This document shows positions 38,276 to 49,482 of a stretch of 64,000 nucleotides of DNA, in pieces. The DNA lies in NCBI GenBank assembly GCA_963794325.1, contig CAWCDG010000004.1, positions 928,001 to 992,000 of the forward strand, given 5' to 3'. The notes beneath the pieces are model-generated. The model saw only the letters and a program-made list of their open reading frames with translations, did no database searches and was not told the DNA's origin. The position numbers and the translations under genes were made by a program. Each line of letters opens with the position of its first letter. The first letter of the stretch is position 1. The DNA is from an uncultured delta proteobacterium (GTDB lineage Bacteria > Desulfobacterota > Binatia > Binatales > Binataceae).

Positions 38276-39331
38276 TTAGATTCCGGGCGCGAGCGCCTGC
38301 GTCACCACCAATATCCTGAACGTCCCCGCAACCGGCACCGGGCGCGGATGCTCCGCGTTCGACCCCGGCGGAAACGTCAAGTCCGCCGTCGGCAGATAAA
38401 TCAGCGTGCCAGTCGGATCGAGCGCCATCGTCCGCGCACCCAGTTGCGTTTGCACCACCTGCGCGAGTTCGTACTTGTCCATAGACACCTCGCGAATGAT
38501 CGTCAACGTCCCGTCGCCGCAACTCGCGAACACCAGGCCGTCGCGGAATGCGGTCGCGTCGACGAATGCGCCGATGGGAAAATCGGCCACGATCTTTCCA
38601 TCGTCGGCGTTCATCACCATCAGCTTCTTATTTCGACATCCGATGAACAGCCGCCGCGTCGCGCGATCCATCGACATCCCGGTCGGCCTGCTGCCCGGCG
38701 CCGTCGGCCATCGCGCGATGACCTTCATCTGCTTCGTATCGACGACCGCGACCTCGTCCTTGTCCGCGATATTGACGTAGACCTTGCCCTGCTCGTCAGC
38801 GACCGCGAATTCCGGTGACCCGCCCAAATCCACCGTCGCTGCCGGCTTGCCGCCGTTCGGATTCACTTCGGGCGCAATCGCGACCAGCTGATGGGCATCG
38901 CCGCACATCACCAGCACGCGATTGCTGGAGCGGTCATAGATGATACCGTCGGCGTCATCGGCCGCCGGCACCTTGCCGAGCACCGCGTGAGTTTTCAGAT
39001 CGAAGATCAGCACCGAGCCGCTGCCGCCATCGCTGATAAATCCGCGCCCCACGTCCGGCACAATCGCCACGCCGTGAGATCTTTTCTGTCCGCCGATATC
39101 GGCGACGACCTTTCCGGTCGACGCCTCGATTATCATCGTATGAGTCACACGGGTTACGTATAGGTCTCCCGAATGGAGCGTCGCGTAGTCCCATCCACCG
39201 TCGCCGCCAACCTTGAAGGTCGCGGTCAATTTGTAGTTGGGCGTTCCCGACTCCGCCAGCGCATATCCGGATGCGCTCAAAGCAAGGACCAAAATCGAGA
39301 AACCAAAGAGCCAGGTAAAATAATTCTTCAT
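38276..39331 (-). CDS. YncE-family exported beta-propeller protein
   Basis: Signal peptide; GGDGGWDY, HGVA, DADGIIYD, PEFAVAD, GARTMALD. Confidence 0.85.
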   Translation of the reverse strand: MKNYFTWLFGFSILVLALSASGYALAESGTPNYKLTATFKVGGDGGWDYATLHSGDLYVTRVTHTMIIEASTGKVVADIGGQKRSHGVAIVPDVGRGFISDGGSGSVLIFDLKTHAVLGKVPAADDADGIIYDRSSNRVLVMCGDAHQLVAIAPEVNPNGGKPAATVDLGGSPEFAVADEQGKVYVNIADKDEVAVVDTKQMKVIARWPTAPGSRPTGMSMDRATRRLFIGCRNKKLMVMNADDGKIVADFPIGAFVDATAFRDGLVFASCGDGTLTIIREVSMDKYELAQVVQTQLGARTMALDPTGTLIYLPTADLTFPPGSNAEHPRPVPVAGTFRILVVTQALAPGI

Positions 39332-39699
39332 ATTTTTTTCTTAATGCCGGGTGCAGGGATCACCCGAGCAAACGATCCATCAACCTCGCACGGCAACTCG
39401 ATCACCTGCACCACCGCATCGACGTTCAATTCCCCGTACAGATGAGGAAACAACTCACCACTCGATTCGCCATGGTTCATTTTGGGCGCCTCATACCTCA
39501 ATTCCGCCGTCAACCGCGATTCATCGACACATAGCACGACCAGGTCATCTTGCCCGCGATAGAACCTGTTAGCAGTACCGATCAGCTGCGCGCTAGTTGA
39601 GCAATGAATAAATCCCTCATCCCTCAGACTGGCCGGCGCATAGGTCCCGTGCGCGACCGCGAGCATCCATTCACTGCGCTTGACGATATGGCAGATCAC
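39328..39699 (-). CDS. DUF952 family protein
   Basis: SLRDEGFIHCST, FPHLYGELN. Confidence 0.9.
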   Translation of the reverse strand: MICHIVKRSEWMLAVAHGTYAPASLRDEGFIHCSTSAQLIGTANRFYRGQDDLVVLCVDESRLTAELRYEAPKMNHGESSGELFPHLYGELNVDAVVQVIELPCEVDGSFARVIPAPGIKKKI

Positions 39700-39756
39700 G
39701 TCTTGGTCGGCGCGTGCTGGTGCACCTGGTATTAGGACGTCGGCTCGTTTCTGAAG

Positions 39757-40455
39757 TTACGCCAGATCGAAGAACAGCACTTCGGCGGGGGCGTCAGCGA
39801 CGATCGTCAGTTTCTCTTCGTCGCTGATTGCGGCGCCGTCGCCTTCTGCGAGGGCAGTGCCGTTAACGGTGACCGCGCCGCGCGCGACTTGCACCCATCC
39901 GTGACGGCCCTTCTTGAGATTCGTCGCGACGGTCTGTCCGCGCTCGAGCTTTGCGACCGACAGCGCCGCGTCCTGATGAATTTTCACAGACTGATCGCGG
40001 CCGTCGGTAGTTCCTACCGGCGCGAAGCCGCCGTGCGCTTTCTTGTCGTCGATAGTTTTCTGCTCATAACCGGGCGCGATGCCGGCCGCGGCAGGGACGA
40101 TCCAGATTTGCAGAAAATGAACCGGCTCGGTTTTCGAATGATTGAATTCGCTGTGCGTGATTCCGGTGCCGGCGCTCATCCGCTGCGCTTCGCCGGGACG
40201 AATCACCGATCCAGTGCCGAGGCTGTCCTTATGCTCGAGCGCGCCTTCCAGAATGTAGGTGATGATCTCCATGTCGCGATGCGGATGCGTGGGGAAACCC
40301 GCTCCCGGGCGAACGCGATCCTCGTTGATGACGCGCAGCGTGCGAAATCCCATCTCGGCCGGATCGTAGTAGTCGCCGAACGAGAACGAGTGGCGGCTGT
40401 CGAGCCAGTCGATTTTCGTGCGTCCACGGTCAGCCGACTTGCGTGGAGTAATCAT
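39757..40455 (-). CDS. Pirin family protein (YhhW-like)
   Basis: WLDSRHSFSF, HPHRDMEIITY, MSAGTGITHSE, LQIW. Confidence 0.95.
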   Translation of the reverse strand: MITPRKSADRGRTKIDWLDSRHSFSFGDYYDPAEMGFRTLRVINEDRVRPGAGFPTHPHRDMEIITYILEGALEHKDSLGTGSVIRPGEAQRMSAGTGITHSEFNHSKTEPVHFLQIWIVPAAAGIAPGYEQKTIDDKKAHGGFAPVGTTDGRDQSVKIHQDAALSVAKLERGQTVATNLKKGRHGWVQVARGAVTVNGTALAEGDGAAISDEEKLTIVADAPAEVLFFDLA

Positions 40456-40465
40456 GGTAGCCTCC

Positions 40466-41725
40466 TCAGGCTGCTTTGGCGGCCGGCTTCATCTTGAGGC
40501 GAATCGGCATGTGCTTGATCCCTCCGACGAAGCTCGAGCGCAGCCGCTCCACCGGACCCGCAGACTCGACGTGATCGAGACGCTTGGCCAGCTCACTGAA
40601 AATTATCTTCAGCTCCAGCCGCGCCAGGTTCGCGCCGAGGCAGAAATGCTCGCCGATGCCGAATGCGATATGCGGATTCGGATCGCGGCTGATGTCGAAC
40701 TTGAAAGGATCGTTGAAAACTTCTTCGTCGCGATTCCCCGACGGGTAGAACAGGCATACCGATTCGCCGGCTTTGATCTTCTGCCCGCGAACGACGGTAT
40801 CTTCGGTCGCGGTCCGCGCGAACTGGATGACCGGCGTCGTCCATCGCACGATCTCTTCGACTGCCGAGTCAATCAACTCGGGATGCCGTTTCAGCTTCTG
40901 CCATTCGCCCGGATTGTCGATGAAAGCCTGCAAGCCGCCGGTAGTTGCGTTACGGGTCGTCTCATTGCCCGCTACCACCAGCAAAAAGTAGTACGACAGC
41001 ATCTCGAACTGCGGGATCGGCTGGCCGTTCACCTTGCCGTTGGCGACGATACTGGTGATGTCGTTGGTCGGATGCTTCATCCGCTCGGCCACCATCTCGC
41101 TGAAATACTGGAACAGGCCGAGCCGCGAGCGATCCATCGTCTCCTGCGCGCTGGTACCCGCCTGAAACTCGGGGTCGCCGCCGCCGATCGTCTCGTTGGT
41201 CCATCGGAAGAGCTGCTCCCAATCCTTGTGCGGGACGCCGAGCAGTTCCGCGATGACGGCGAGCGGAATCTTCGACGACACGTCGGTCACGAAATCGCAT
41301 ACGTCGCGGCCGGTCACGTCGTCGAGCACCTCGCGCGTGATGTTCTCGATTTCGGGCCCGAGCGGACTTACTCCGCGCGGCGTGAAGTGGCGATTGACGA
41401 CGTTGCGATATTCACCGTGGTCGGGCGGATCCATGTCGAGCAGATGGCGGAACGGCGGCGTCGGACTCTCCTGGAACCCTTCTTCCTGGACGAAGATGAG
41501 CAGGCGGGGACCGTTGAGGAACAGCCGCGGCTGCTTCGAGATCGCGATAATGTCGGCGTGCTTGGTGATCGCCCAGAATGGATCGGTCTTAGGATGCTCG
41601 CACCAGAAAACCGGTTTGTGCTCGCGCAAGTAGGTCCACTCGCGATGCGGGTAGCCGCTTTTCATGTAGTGGTCGGGACCGATGATGTTTAACGACTCGA
41701 GTGAAAGGGCCTGTTCAGATTCCAT
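40466..41725 (-). CDS. Cytochrome P450
   Basis: MDPPDH, AGNETT, EEIVR, FGIGEHFCLG. Confidence 0.96.
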   Translation of the reverse strand: MESEQALSLESLNIIGPDHYMKSGYPHREWTYLREHKPVFWCEHPKTDPFWAITKHADIIAISKQPRLFLNGPRLLIFVQEEGFQESPTPPFRHLLDMDPPDHGEYRNVVNRHFTPRGVSPLGPEIENITREVLDDVTGRDVCDFVTDVSSKIPLAVIAELLGVPHKDWEQLFRWTNETIGGGDPEFQAGTSAQETMDRSRLGLFQYFSEMVAERMKHPTNDITSIVANGKVNGQPIPQFEMLSYYFLLVVAGNETTRNATTGGLQAFIDNPGEWQKLKRHPELIDSAVEEIVRWTTPVIQFARTATEDTVVRGQKIKAGESVCLFYPSGNRDEEVFNDPFKFDISRDPNPHIAFGIGEHFCLGANLARLELKIIFSELAKRLDHVESAGPVERLRSSFVGGIKHMPIRLKMKPAAKAA

Positions 41726-41798
41726 TGAAAGTGTCTCCGCGAGTTCGCGAGTTCTGTTTCGACTTCGCAATTCTGACCTTTCGCGCGCAATGAGTCAT

Positions 41799-41993
41799 CT
41801 AGTCATCGGTGACCGTGATGGCCTGGCGGGGGCATAGGCGCGCGGCCAGCTTGAGCTTGTCGCGCATGCGTTCGGGCGGATTGTCGATCAGCAGGTGGCT
41901 CTTGTCGTCGTCGCGCACCTCGAAAACTTCCGGCGCGGCCTCCTGGCATTTCATATTTCCCTCGCACAGCTTCTGATCGACAACAACCTTCAT
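41799..41993 (-). CDS. [3Fe-4S]-type ferredoxin, P450 partner
   Basis: CEGNMKC...APEVF...CPRQAI; GAGGAG RBS. Confidence 0.9.
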   Translation of the reverse strand: MKVVVDQKLCEGNMKCQEAAPEVFEVRDDDKSHLLIDNPPERMRDKLKLAARLCPRQAITVTDD

Positions 41994-42317
41994 CTGACTA
42001 ATCTCCTCTTCCTTTCGCCGCGCAAAAATGCGGCCCGAAAAAAGCGATCATATAAGAGGATAGTTCTTGCGACTAGAAGCGCGAATCCGCCCTGAAAGTA
42101 ATCCGGGATGCACCGGCGACAGAGGTGCTAGGGACGGACATCTTGATATCATTTTGTGTGGTGAAGATGACTGAAAGATAGCAAAATAAGGAATTAGCTG
42201 CCCTCATTGTGCTTTAGGGAACGTTGGTTATAACCCGAATACTTGCGCAGTGACAGTCTTTCCTGCGATACCGAACGGTATGTTGGTTCGCTCGAATCGC
42301 AGCCCGGAGGATCAGCC

Positions 42318-43994
42318 ATGTCATACGATCTGATTATCAAAAATGGAACGGTGATCGACGGTACCGGCGCCTTTCGACGACGCGCCGATGTCGCCGTCAA
42401 GGACGGAAAGGTCGCGGAAATCGGCAAAGTCACCGACGGCGCCGCCGAAACGATCGATGCGTCCGACCTGATCGTCTCGCCCGGCTTCGTCGATCCACAT
42501 ACTCACTACGATGCGCAGATCTGTTGGGATCCTCTAGTCAGTTGCACCTCGTGGCACGGCGTTACGACCGTCGTCATGGGAAATTGCGGAGTGGGTATTG
42601 CTCCTTGCAAGCCCGCGGCGCGCGAAGTGGCGGCGTGGGACCTCGTCAACGTCGAGGCGATCCCGTTCGAGGCGCTGTCGAAAGGAATCTCGTGGGAATG
42701 GGAAAGCTTTCCGGAATTTCTCGGGGCGGCGGAGCGGCGCGGCGCGGGAATCAATCTCGCGTTCCTGGCGCCGCTGACTCCGTTTCGGCACTACGTGCTC
42801 GGCGATGAGTCGATGGAGCGGGAGGCGACCCCCGATGAGACGGTGCGGGTCGCCGGGCTTTTGCGCGAGGCTGTCGATGCGGGTGCGTTCGGATTTTCCA
42901 CCACCACGCTGCCGCAGCATATCGGCTACCAGGGACGTCCGCTCGCTTGCCGCCTCGCGTCAACTGACGAGCTGAAGGCCTATGCCAACGTGCTGCGCGA
43001 CGCCGGTCGCGGCGCGATCGAAGTGGCGCTCACCCGGCGCGCGGGCCGTATGTCCGAGGACGAAGAAGGACTCCTGGAATTTCTTCTCGACGAGAGCATG
43101 CGCCCGGTCACTTGGCTCGCGATGGCGAGCCGCCCCGACAAGCCCGAGGCCAGTGCCGACACTCTCAGAAGGCTCGAGCCGCTAATCAAACGCGGCGGCG
43201 TCCCGCAGGTGCTGTGCAAGCCGTTCGTGGTGCAGATGGATCTGCGCAATCCGTTCTCCTTCGCCGACATGGAGCTGTGGGGACCAGTCTTCAATCAGCC
43301 GCTCGAGAAGCAGAAACAGTTCTACCGCGACACGGCGTTTCGTGGCGCGTTTCGCGAGGAGCTCAAGCGGCCACATCTGTTCCAGGGCAAATGGAATCGG
43401 GTCGAGGTGCTCGAGGTCGCGAGTCACGCACTGAAACAGTACGAGCGCAAGTCGGTTGGCGAAATCGCCGAGATGCGCCACGAGGATCCGCTCGACACGT
43501 TCTTCAATCTCGCACTCGAAGACGATCTGAACATCCAGTACACGATGCAGCAGTATCACGAGGAAGGAATTCAGCGGCTGATTGCGGACCCGCGCACTAT
43601 GATCGGGCTGTCCGACGGCGGCGCGCACGTGAATATGCTGTGCGACGCGGGCTACTGCACGTACCTGCTCGGCACGTGGGTGCGCGAGCGCCAGGCGATG
43701 ACCCTGGAGAATGCAATCAAGCGAATCACGTCGGAGCCCGCCGATTTCTTCGGAATCAAGGATCGCGGACGGCTCAAGGTCGGGATGCCGGCTGACGTCG
43801 CAATCTTCGACGAACGCAAAATCGGCTCAGCCAAGCGCGCGCGCATGCAAAACGACCTGCCCGGCGGCGGCCGCAGACTCGTGATGCCGGCGGAGGGCGT
43901 CGAATACACAATCGTAAACGGCGACGTCCTCTACGAACACGGTCACCATTCCGGCTACCTCCCAGGCCAGGTGCTGAGATCCGGTGCGCAGTAG
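42318..43994 (+). CDS. N-acyl-D-amino-acid deacylase family amidohydrolase
   Basis: [37 protein letters not shown]. Confidence 0.92.
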   Translation: MSYDLIIKNGTVIDGTGAFRRRADVAVKDGKVAEIGKVTDGAAETIDASDLIVSPGFVDPHTHYDAQICWDPLVSCTSWHGVTTVVMGNCGVGIAPCKPAAREVAAWDLVNVEAIPFEALSKGISWEWESFPEFLGAAERRGAGINLAFLAPLTPFRHYVLGDESMEREATPDETVRVAGLLREAVDAGAFGFSTTTLPQHIGYQGRPLACRLASTDELKAYANVLRDAGRGAIEVALTRRAGRMSEDEEGLLEFLLDESMRPVTWLAMASRPDKPEASADTLRRLEPLIKRGGVPQVLCKPFVVQMDLRNPFSFADMELWGPVFNQPLEKQKQFYRDTAFRGAFREELKRPHLFQGKWNRVEVLEVASHALKQYERKSVGEIAEMRHEDPLDTFFNLALEDDLNIQYTMQQYHEEGIQRLIADPRTMIGLSDGGAHVNMLCDAGYCTYLLGTWVRERQAMTLENAIKRITSEPADFFGIKDRGRLKVGMPADVAIFDERKIGSAKRARMQNDLPGGGRRLVMPAEGVEYTIVNGDVLYEHGHHSGYLPGQVLRSGAQ

Positions 43995-44029
43995 TCCGGC
44001 CAGTCAACAAGGGGCGGCGTCCCACTCTT

Positions 44030-44074
44030 GCGATTGTTCCCCTTCCCTCGAGGGAAGGGGTTAGGGGTTAGGTT
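44030..44074 (+). repeat. REP-like family A, solo copy
   Basis: 45/45 identity to 22519-22563. Confidence 0.95.
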
Positions 44075-44153
44075 ATCTTGAATAGCCTGAATCTCGGACC
44101 ACGAAGTACGTGCATCGTTCCCTCCCTTATTTTTTCTGTCATGCTCATGATCG

Positions 44154-46126
44154 ATGTTCCGATTCTCACTGATCATTGCGGTCCTCATTATGACCTCGAC
44201 AATTCCAGCACCGCCCACTCTCGCCCAACTCCCGCCGCTGATTCCGCGCGATACGCTGCTCGGGAATCCTGAGCGCGCCAATCCGCACATTGCGCCCGAC
44301 GGCAAACGGCTCGCGTGGCTGGCGCCCGATGATCACGACGTCCTGCAAGTGTGGGTGCAGACGATTGGCCGGCACGATACGCGCGTCGTCACCGCTGACA
44401 AGAGCCGCGGAATCCATACCTACGGATGGGCCTTCGATTCGAACACGATCCTCTACTCGCAGGACGCCGCCGGCGACGAAAACTTTCACGTGTTCGCCGT
44501 CGATCTCGACTCAAACAACGTTCGCGATTTGACGCCTTGGCAAGGTGTGCGCGCCGAGACCGTCGCGTCCAGCCCGAAATTTCCGGAGCGGATACTGGTC
44601 GCGCTTAATCTGCGTGATCGCAAGTTGATGGATGTCTATCGAATCGATCTGCTGACCGGCGCCGTCGCGCTCGACACAAAAAATCCTGGCGACGTCGGCG
44701 GATGGCTGGCCGACGACGACCTGCTAGTGCGCGCGGCCACCATCACCACACCGGACGGCGGCACCGAAATCCGGATTCGCGACGGCGCGGACGGCCCTTG
44801 GCGCACGTTGATGAAGGCCTCGATGGAGGACAACCTGGTCGCGCTGGATCTCACCAAGGACGGGCAAATCGCTCATTCTAAGCACCTCGATCGGCACCGA
44901 CACCGCGCGGCTGGTGCGCCACGAAATTGCTTCCGGCAAGGAAACCGTCATCGCGCGCAGTGACGATGCGGACTTGAGCGACGCGGTCATTCAACCGACC
45001 AGCCACGTCGTGCAAGCTGCGGCGTTCGACCCCGGCCGCAAGCATTGGACGGTCGTCGATCCCTCGATTCAGGCCGACTTCGACGCGATCGCGAAAATCT
45101 CGGACGGAGATTTCAGCGTCGTTGACCGTGACCTCGCGGATAAGACGTGGCTCGTTTCATTCGACAGCGACCGCGCGCCGACCCGCTACTATTCCTGGGA
45201 TCGCGCATCGAGGAAAGCGACGTTGCTGTTCAGCGTCCAGCCCAAACTCGACGACGCGCCGCTCGCTCCGATGAAGCCCGTGGAATTCACCGCGCGCGAC
45301 GGAATGAAACTCAACGGTTATCTCACGCTGCCGGTCGGCGTGCCCGCGAAAAATCTCCCGATGGTGCTCGCGGTGCATGGCGGCCCGTGGGCCCGCGACA
45401 ATTGGGGCTTCGCTCCCTACACCCAACTACTCGCGAACCGCGGCTATGCCGTACTGCAGGTTAATTTTCGCGGCTCGACCGGATTCGGAAAGAAATATCT
45501 GCATGCCGGCGACCGCGAATGGGGCCTGACGATGCAGAGCGACCTCACCGACGGCGTGAAGTGGGCCGTCGCTCAGAACATCGCCGATCCGGCGCGTGTC
45601 GCAATATTCGGCGGTTCGTACGGCGGCTACGCAGCGCTCGCCGGCGCGGCATTCACCCCGGATGTCTATCGATGCGCGGTGGACGAATGCGGCCCGTCGA
45701 ATCTGTTCACCCTGCTGGCCTCGATACCGCCTTATTGGGCAGTCATGCGCTCGATTTTCGATACCAGGGTTGGTAATCCCGAACGATCCCAAAGACAAGG
45801 AACTGCTGAGGACCGCGTCGCCGCTGTTCTCTGCCGACAAGATAAAAATCCCGATGCTGATCGGACAGGGCGCAAACGATCCGCGAGTAAAGCAGGCCGA
45901 GGCCGAGCAGATTGTCGACGCTATCGCGAAGCATCGCGGGAGCGCGGTGTACGCCTTGTATCCCGACGAAGGGCACGGTTTCGTCCGGCCCGAGAACCGG
46001 CTCGATTTCACCGCGCGCATGGAAAAATTCCTCGCCGATAATCTCGGCGGCCGCTACGAGCCGATGAAAGGCGATCGGATTCCCGGCTCGACTGCGAAGA
46101 TCCGTGTCGTTGGCGCATCACGCTAG
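44154..46126 (+). CDS. S9 family (prolyl oligopeptidase-like) peptidase; extra bases near 44863 and 45779
   Basis: VHGGPW, NFRGSTG, GGSYGG nucleophile, GANDPRV, DEGHGF spread over three frames. Confidence 0.9.
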
Positions 46127-46223
46127 ATTCGCGCAGACACTTCAGCGATCAGTTGTGCTATGAAAAAATCGAGGGTGCGCTGACGACGCGCTGTTGAGAT
46201 CCACCTAACCAGGAGAAATCGCC

Positions 46224-47066
46224 ATGGCCGAATTCGGAATCTCGATGTTCCCGACTGACTACGCAATCCAGCCGATCGAACTCGCGCTCGCGGCGGAAGA
46301 ACGCGGCTTCGAGTCGATGTTCTTCCCCGAGCACACGCACATCCCCGCGTCGCGCAAGACCCCGTGGCCCGGCGGCGCCGATCTGCCCAAGGAGTACTGG
46401 CATACGCACGATCCGTTCGTCGCGCTCGGCGCGGCGGCGGCGGTCACCAAAAAACTCAAACTCGCCACCGGAGTATGCCTGGTGATCGAGCGCGATCCGA
46501 TAACGCTCGCGAAGGAAGTCGCGTCGCTCGACATGATTTCCGGCGGCCGCGTGATCTTCGGAATCGGCGCCGGCTGGAACGTCGAGGAGATGGGGAATCA
46601 CGGCGCGGATTTCAAACGGCGCTGGAAAATCGTCAGAGAAAAAATTCTCGCGATACGCCAGATCTGGACCAAAGAGGCGGCCGAGTTTCACGGCGAGTTC
46701 GTGAACTTCGATCCCATCTGGTCGTTTCCCAAGCCGGTGCAACCCGGCGGACCGCCGATTCTCCTCGGCTCGCAATCGCCCAAAACCTTCGATCGGGTCG
46801 CCGAGTATTGCGACGGATGGATGCCGATAAATTTCCCGCGCTACGATCTCGCCGCCGGCCTGAAGGCGCTGGCCGAAGCGGGCAAAAAAGCGGGCCGCGG
46901 CAAACTTCCGGTCTCGATGTTCGGCGTCGGCCCGAACGAGGAACACATCAAAAAGTTCCTCGACCTCGGCCTCGACCGGCTAATCTTCGCGTTGCCCCCC
47001 GCGCCGCGCGACAGTGTACTGCCGTTGCTCGACAAGTACGCAGACCTGAAGTCCAAGGCGCGCTGA
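46224..47066 (+). CDS. LLM-class (probably F420-dependent) oxidoreductase
   Basis: AEERGFES..FPEHTHIP, DPFVAL, AKEVASLD, GIGAGWN, PKPVQ. Confidence 0.9.
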   Translation: MAEFGISMFPTDYAIQPIELALAAEERGFESMFFPEHTHIPASRKTPWPGGADLPKEYWHTHDPFVALGAAAAVTKKLKLATGVCLVIERDPITLAKEVASLDMISGGRVIFGIGAGWNVEEMGNHGADFKRRWKIVREKILAIRQIWTKEAAEFHGEFVNFDPIWSFPKPVQPGGPPILLGSQSPKTFDRVAEYCDGWMPINFPRYDLAAGLKALAEAGKKAGRGKLPVSMFGVGPNEEHIKKFLDLGLDRLIFALPPAPRDSVLPLLDKYADLKSKAR

Positions 47067-47119
47067 AACGCGAGGAATTTCCTCTCTAGCGCGGGCCGCT
47101 TATTTCTAGTCGCTAGCCC

Positions 47120-47165
47120 TTGACTGACTTGGTCGAGATCTTTAGTCTAGCCACCCTATCGACTA
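47120..47165 (+). promoter_or_regulatory. Sigma-70 promoter overlapped by putative Rrf2 operator
   Basis: TTGACT-N17-TAGTCT; TAGTC-N13-GACTA palindrome at 47143-47165. Confidence 0.6.
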
Positions 47166-47167
47166 AA

Positions 47168-47626
47168 ATGCTTTCGAAGAAGTCGAAATACGCCCTCAAG
47201 GCGATGCTGGTTCTGGCCAAAGAATACGGCCAGGGGCCGGTGCTGATATCCGATATGGCGCAGCGCGAGGGTATCCCGCGCAAGTTCCTCGAGCTCATAC
47301 TGCTCGAACTCAAGAACCAGGGGCTCCTGCAGAGCAAGAAGGGGAAGGGCGGCGGGTATTTCCTCGGACGCGAGCCCCGCGCGATTAGCGTCGGGCACAT
47401 TGTACGCGTCCTGGACGGGCCAATCGCACCTTTGCCTTGCGTCAGCAAAACCGCTTACATGCGATGCCGCGAGTGCCGCGACGAGCGCAGTTGCGGAATC
47501 CGGATCGTGATGAAGGAAGTGCGCGACGCGACCGCGAAGATAATGGACTCGACTTCGCTCGAGGACATGCTAAAGCGCGTCGAGGCTGTGGTCACTGGCA
47601 ACGAATCATTGAGCTTCGCGATTTGA
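47168..47626 (+). CDS. Rrf2 family regulator of the sulfate uptake operon
   Basis: KYALKAM, KFLELIL, KGKGGGYFL, LDGPIAPLPCVS...CREC...C. Confidence 0.92.
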   Translation: MLSKKSKYALKAMLVLAKEYGQGPVLISDMAQREGIPRKFLELILLELKNQGLLQSKKGKGGGYFLGREPRAISVGHIVRVLDGPIAPLPCVSKTAYMRCRECRDERSCGIRIVMKEVRDATAKIMDSTSLEDMLKRVEAVVTGNESLSFAI

Positions 47627-47653
47627 AGTAAGGTGAACTCTTTTTTTGAAGAC

Positions 47654-47676
47654 TAGTCTAGTCATCTAATAGGATA
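47654..47676 (+). promoter_or_regulatory. Second putative Rrf2 operator
   Basis: TAGTCTAG...TAATAGGATA aligns with the 47143 box; directly upstream of yezD-like gene. Confidence 0.45.
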
Positions 47677-47680
47677 GATT

Positions 47681-47884
47681 ATGAAACCAGATTCTACTCT
47701 GACTAGCCGGCGCGATGTTCAATCTGAGCAAGACTCGGGCAACGAAAACGAGATTCTCCGGCGTATCGCCATCGCGATCAGCGGCGTGCGCTTCGGCTCG
47801 GTTGAGGTCGTGATCCAGGACTCGCGCGTCGTGCAGATCGAGCGCAAAGAAAAATTTCGCTTTGACAAGAACGGTCGTGGATAG
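47681..47884 (+). CDS. YezD/DUF2292 (OscA-like) small protein
   Basis: ISGVRFGSVEVVIQDSRVVQIERKEKFR. Confidence 0.9.
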   Translation: MKPDSTLTSRRDVQSEQDSGNENEILRRIAIAISGVRFGSVEVVIQDSRVVQIERKEKFRFDKNGRG

Positions 47885-48011
47885 CTCATTCGGATCGAAC
47901 TGTTAGCCCGGACCAGGGAAGGATCCGTGGCCGCTATGACAGAGCCGTTAATCAACCACCGCGAGCTGACCGGACATCCGGAAGTTCCCCAAACGATGAG
48001 GGGCTTCCGAG

Positions 48012-49475
48012 ATGAGAAAATGCACTTTGCCGATCCTGCCGGTCCTGCTGGCGGTGGTAATTACCGAGATGATTTTCGCCGCCGGGCCGGCGCGTGCGCA
48101 GTCGAGCGTCGCGGCCGATCCGAAGGATCAGGAAATCCAATTGCTCAAGACAGAAATCAACCAGCTCGAGCACCGGGTCGACACGTTGGAAGGACTTGAC
48201 CAGAGAGTGAAAGTGATCGACCGCAAGCTCGAGGTGCAGGCGGAAACCGAGCACCAAAAGTCGCTCGAAGCGCCGATCGTAAAGGTCGGCGCCGAAGGAT
48301 TCTCCCTGTCGTCGCCGAACCACGATTACAACATCGGTTTCGGTGGAATCATCCAGGGCGACGGCCGCTTCTTCTCCAGTGGCAGCGACAAGAACGTCGG
48401 CAGCACATTCTTCCTCAACCGGGTGCGCCCGATTCTGACCGGCTCGGTGGCCAAGTACTACAACTTCAACATCACGCCCGACTTCGGCCAGGGCAGGGTC
48501 ACGCTGCAAGACGCCTACCTGAATATCACCTATTGGGATTATGCGAGTCTCAGGTCCGGCAAGTTCAAAGCACCGCTCGACCTCGAGCGCTTGCAGTCGG
48601 ACCGCGATCTCATGTTCAGCGAGCGTTCGGAGATCCAGAATCTGGTCCCGAACCGTGACACTGGCGCCGACCTTCACGGCAAGCTTCTGGATGGCCGCAT
48701 CTACTATGACGCCGCGCTGATGAACGGAGTGCCGAACAACACCGCCGCAGACACCACAGATCTCGACACCAATGACGGCAAGGATTTCGTCGGCCGTATC
48801 TTCGCGACACCTTTCGAACTCAGCGAGAACCAATGGCTCAAAGGTCTCGGCTTTGGCTTCGCCGGCTCTTACGGCGACGAGCGCGGCAGCACGACGTCGG
48901 TCTACAGGACCTACGGCATGAGCACCTGGTTCTCGTACAGCAAGGGCGTGACCGCGTCCGGACTGCGCGCCCGTATCGAGCCCCAGCTCTACTACTACGC
49001 GCGCGGTTTCGGCTTGATGGCCGAATATGCGCAGGATGAGCACTCGCTGAATCGGTTCACCACGGTCGGCAAGCCAGCGAGGCTCATCAACCGAACCGAC
49101 ACGTTCACGGACACCGGCTACTTCGCGCAGGCGTCCTACCTGCTGACCGGCGAAGACGCGAGCTACGGCTGGGTCAGGCCATACAATCCGTTCGACCCGC
49201 GCAACGGACATTGGGGCGCATGGGAGTTGGCGGCCCGAATCAGCAACGTTGCCACGCAGAGCCGCCAGTTCCAGCTCGGCTTCGCCAATCCGAGCGTATC
49301 CGCGAAAGATGCAACTGAGTTTGCGTTCGGCGTCAACTGGTACCTGAACTCAAACGTCAAGTGGCAGTGGGACTACGCCAATACCTTCTTCAACGGCGGC
49401 GCGGGTACCACCGCCGAGCCGAAAGATCGGCCGAACGAAAGCGTGTTCGAGTCGCAACTGCAGATCACGTTCTGA
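48012..49475 (+). CDS. OprO/OprP-family anion-selective porin
   Basis: Signal peptide, coiled coil, [30 protein letters not shown]-terminal F. Confidence 0.88.
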   Translation: MRKCTLPILPVLLAVVITEMIFAAGPARAQSSVAADPKDQEIQLLKTEINQLEHRVDTLEGLDQRVKVIDRKLEVQAETEHQKSLEAPIVKVGAEGFSLSSPNHDYNIGFGGIIQGDGRFFSSGSDKNVGSTFFLNRVRPILTGSVAKYYNFNITPDFGQGRVTLQDAYLNITYWDYASLRSGKFKAPLDLERLQSDRDLMFSERSEIQNLVPNRDTGADLHGKLLDGRIYYDAALMNGVPNNTAADTTDLDTNDGKDFVGRIFATPFELSENQWLKGLGFGFAGSYGDERGSTTSVYRTYGMSTWFSYSKGVTASGLRARIEPQLYYYARGFGLMAEYAQDEHSLNRFTTVGKPARLINRTDTFTDTGYFAQASYLLTGEDASYGWVRPYNPFDPRNGHWGAWELAARISNVATQSRQFQLGFANPSVSAKDATEFAFGVNWYLNSNVKWQWDYANTFFNGGAGTTAEPKDRPNESVFESQLQITF

Positions 49476-49482
49476 GGTCACG

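Noticed and set aside
41994-42317. AT-richer 320-bp intergenic region as possible ncRNA
   Set aside because: No convincing stems or known motif; consistent with divergent promoters
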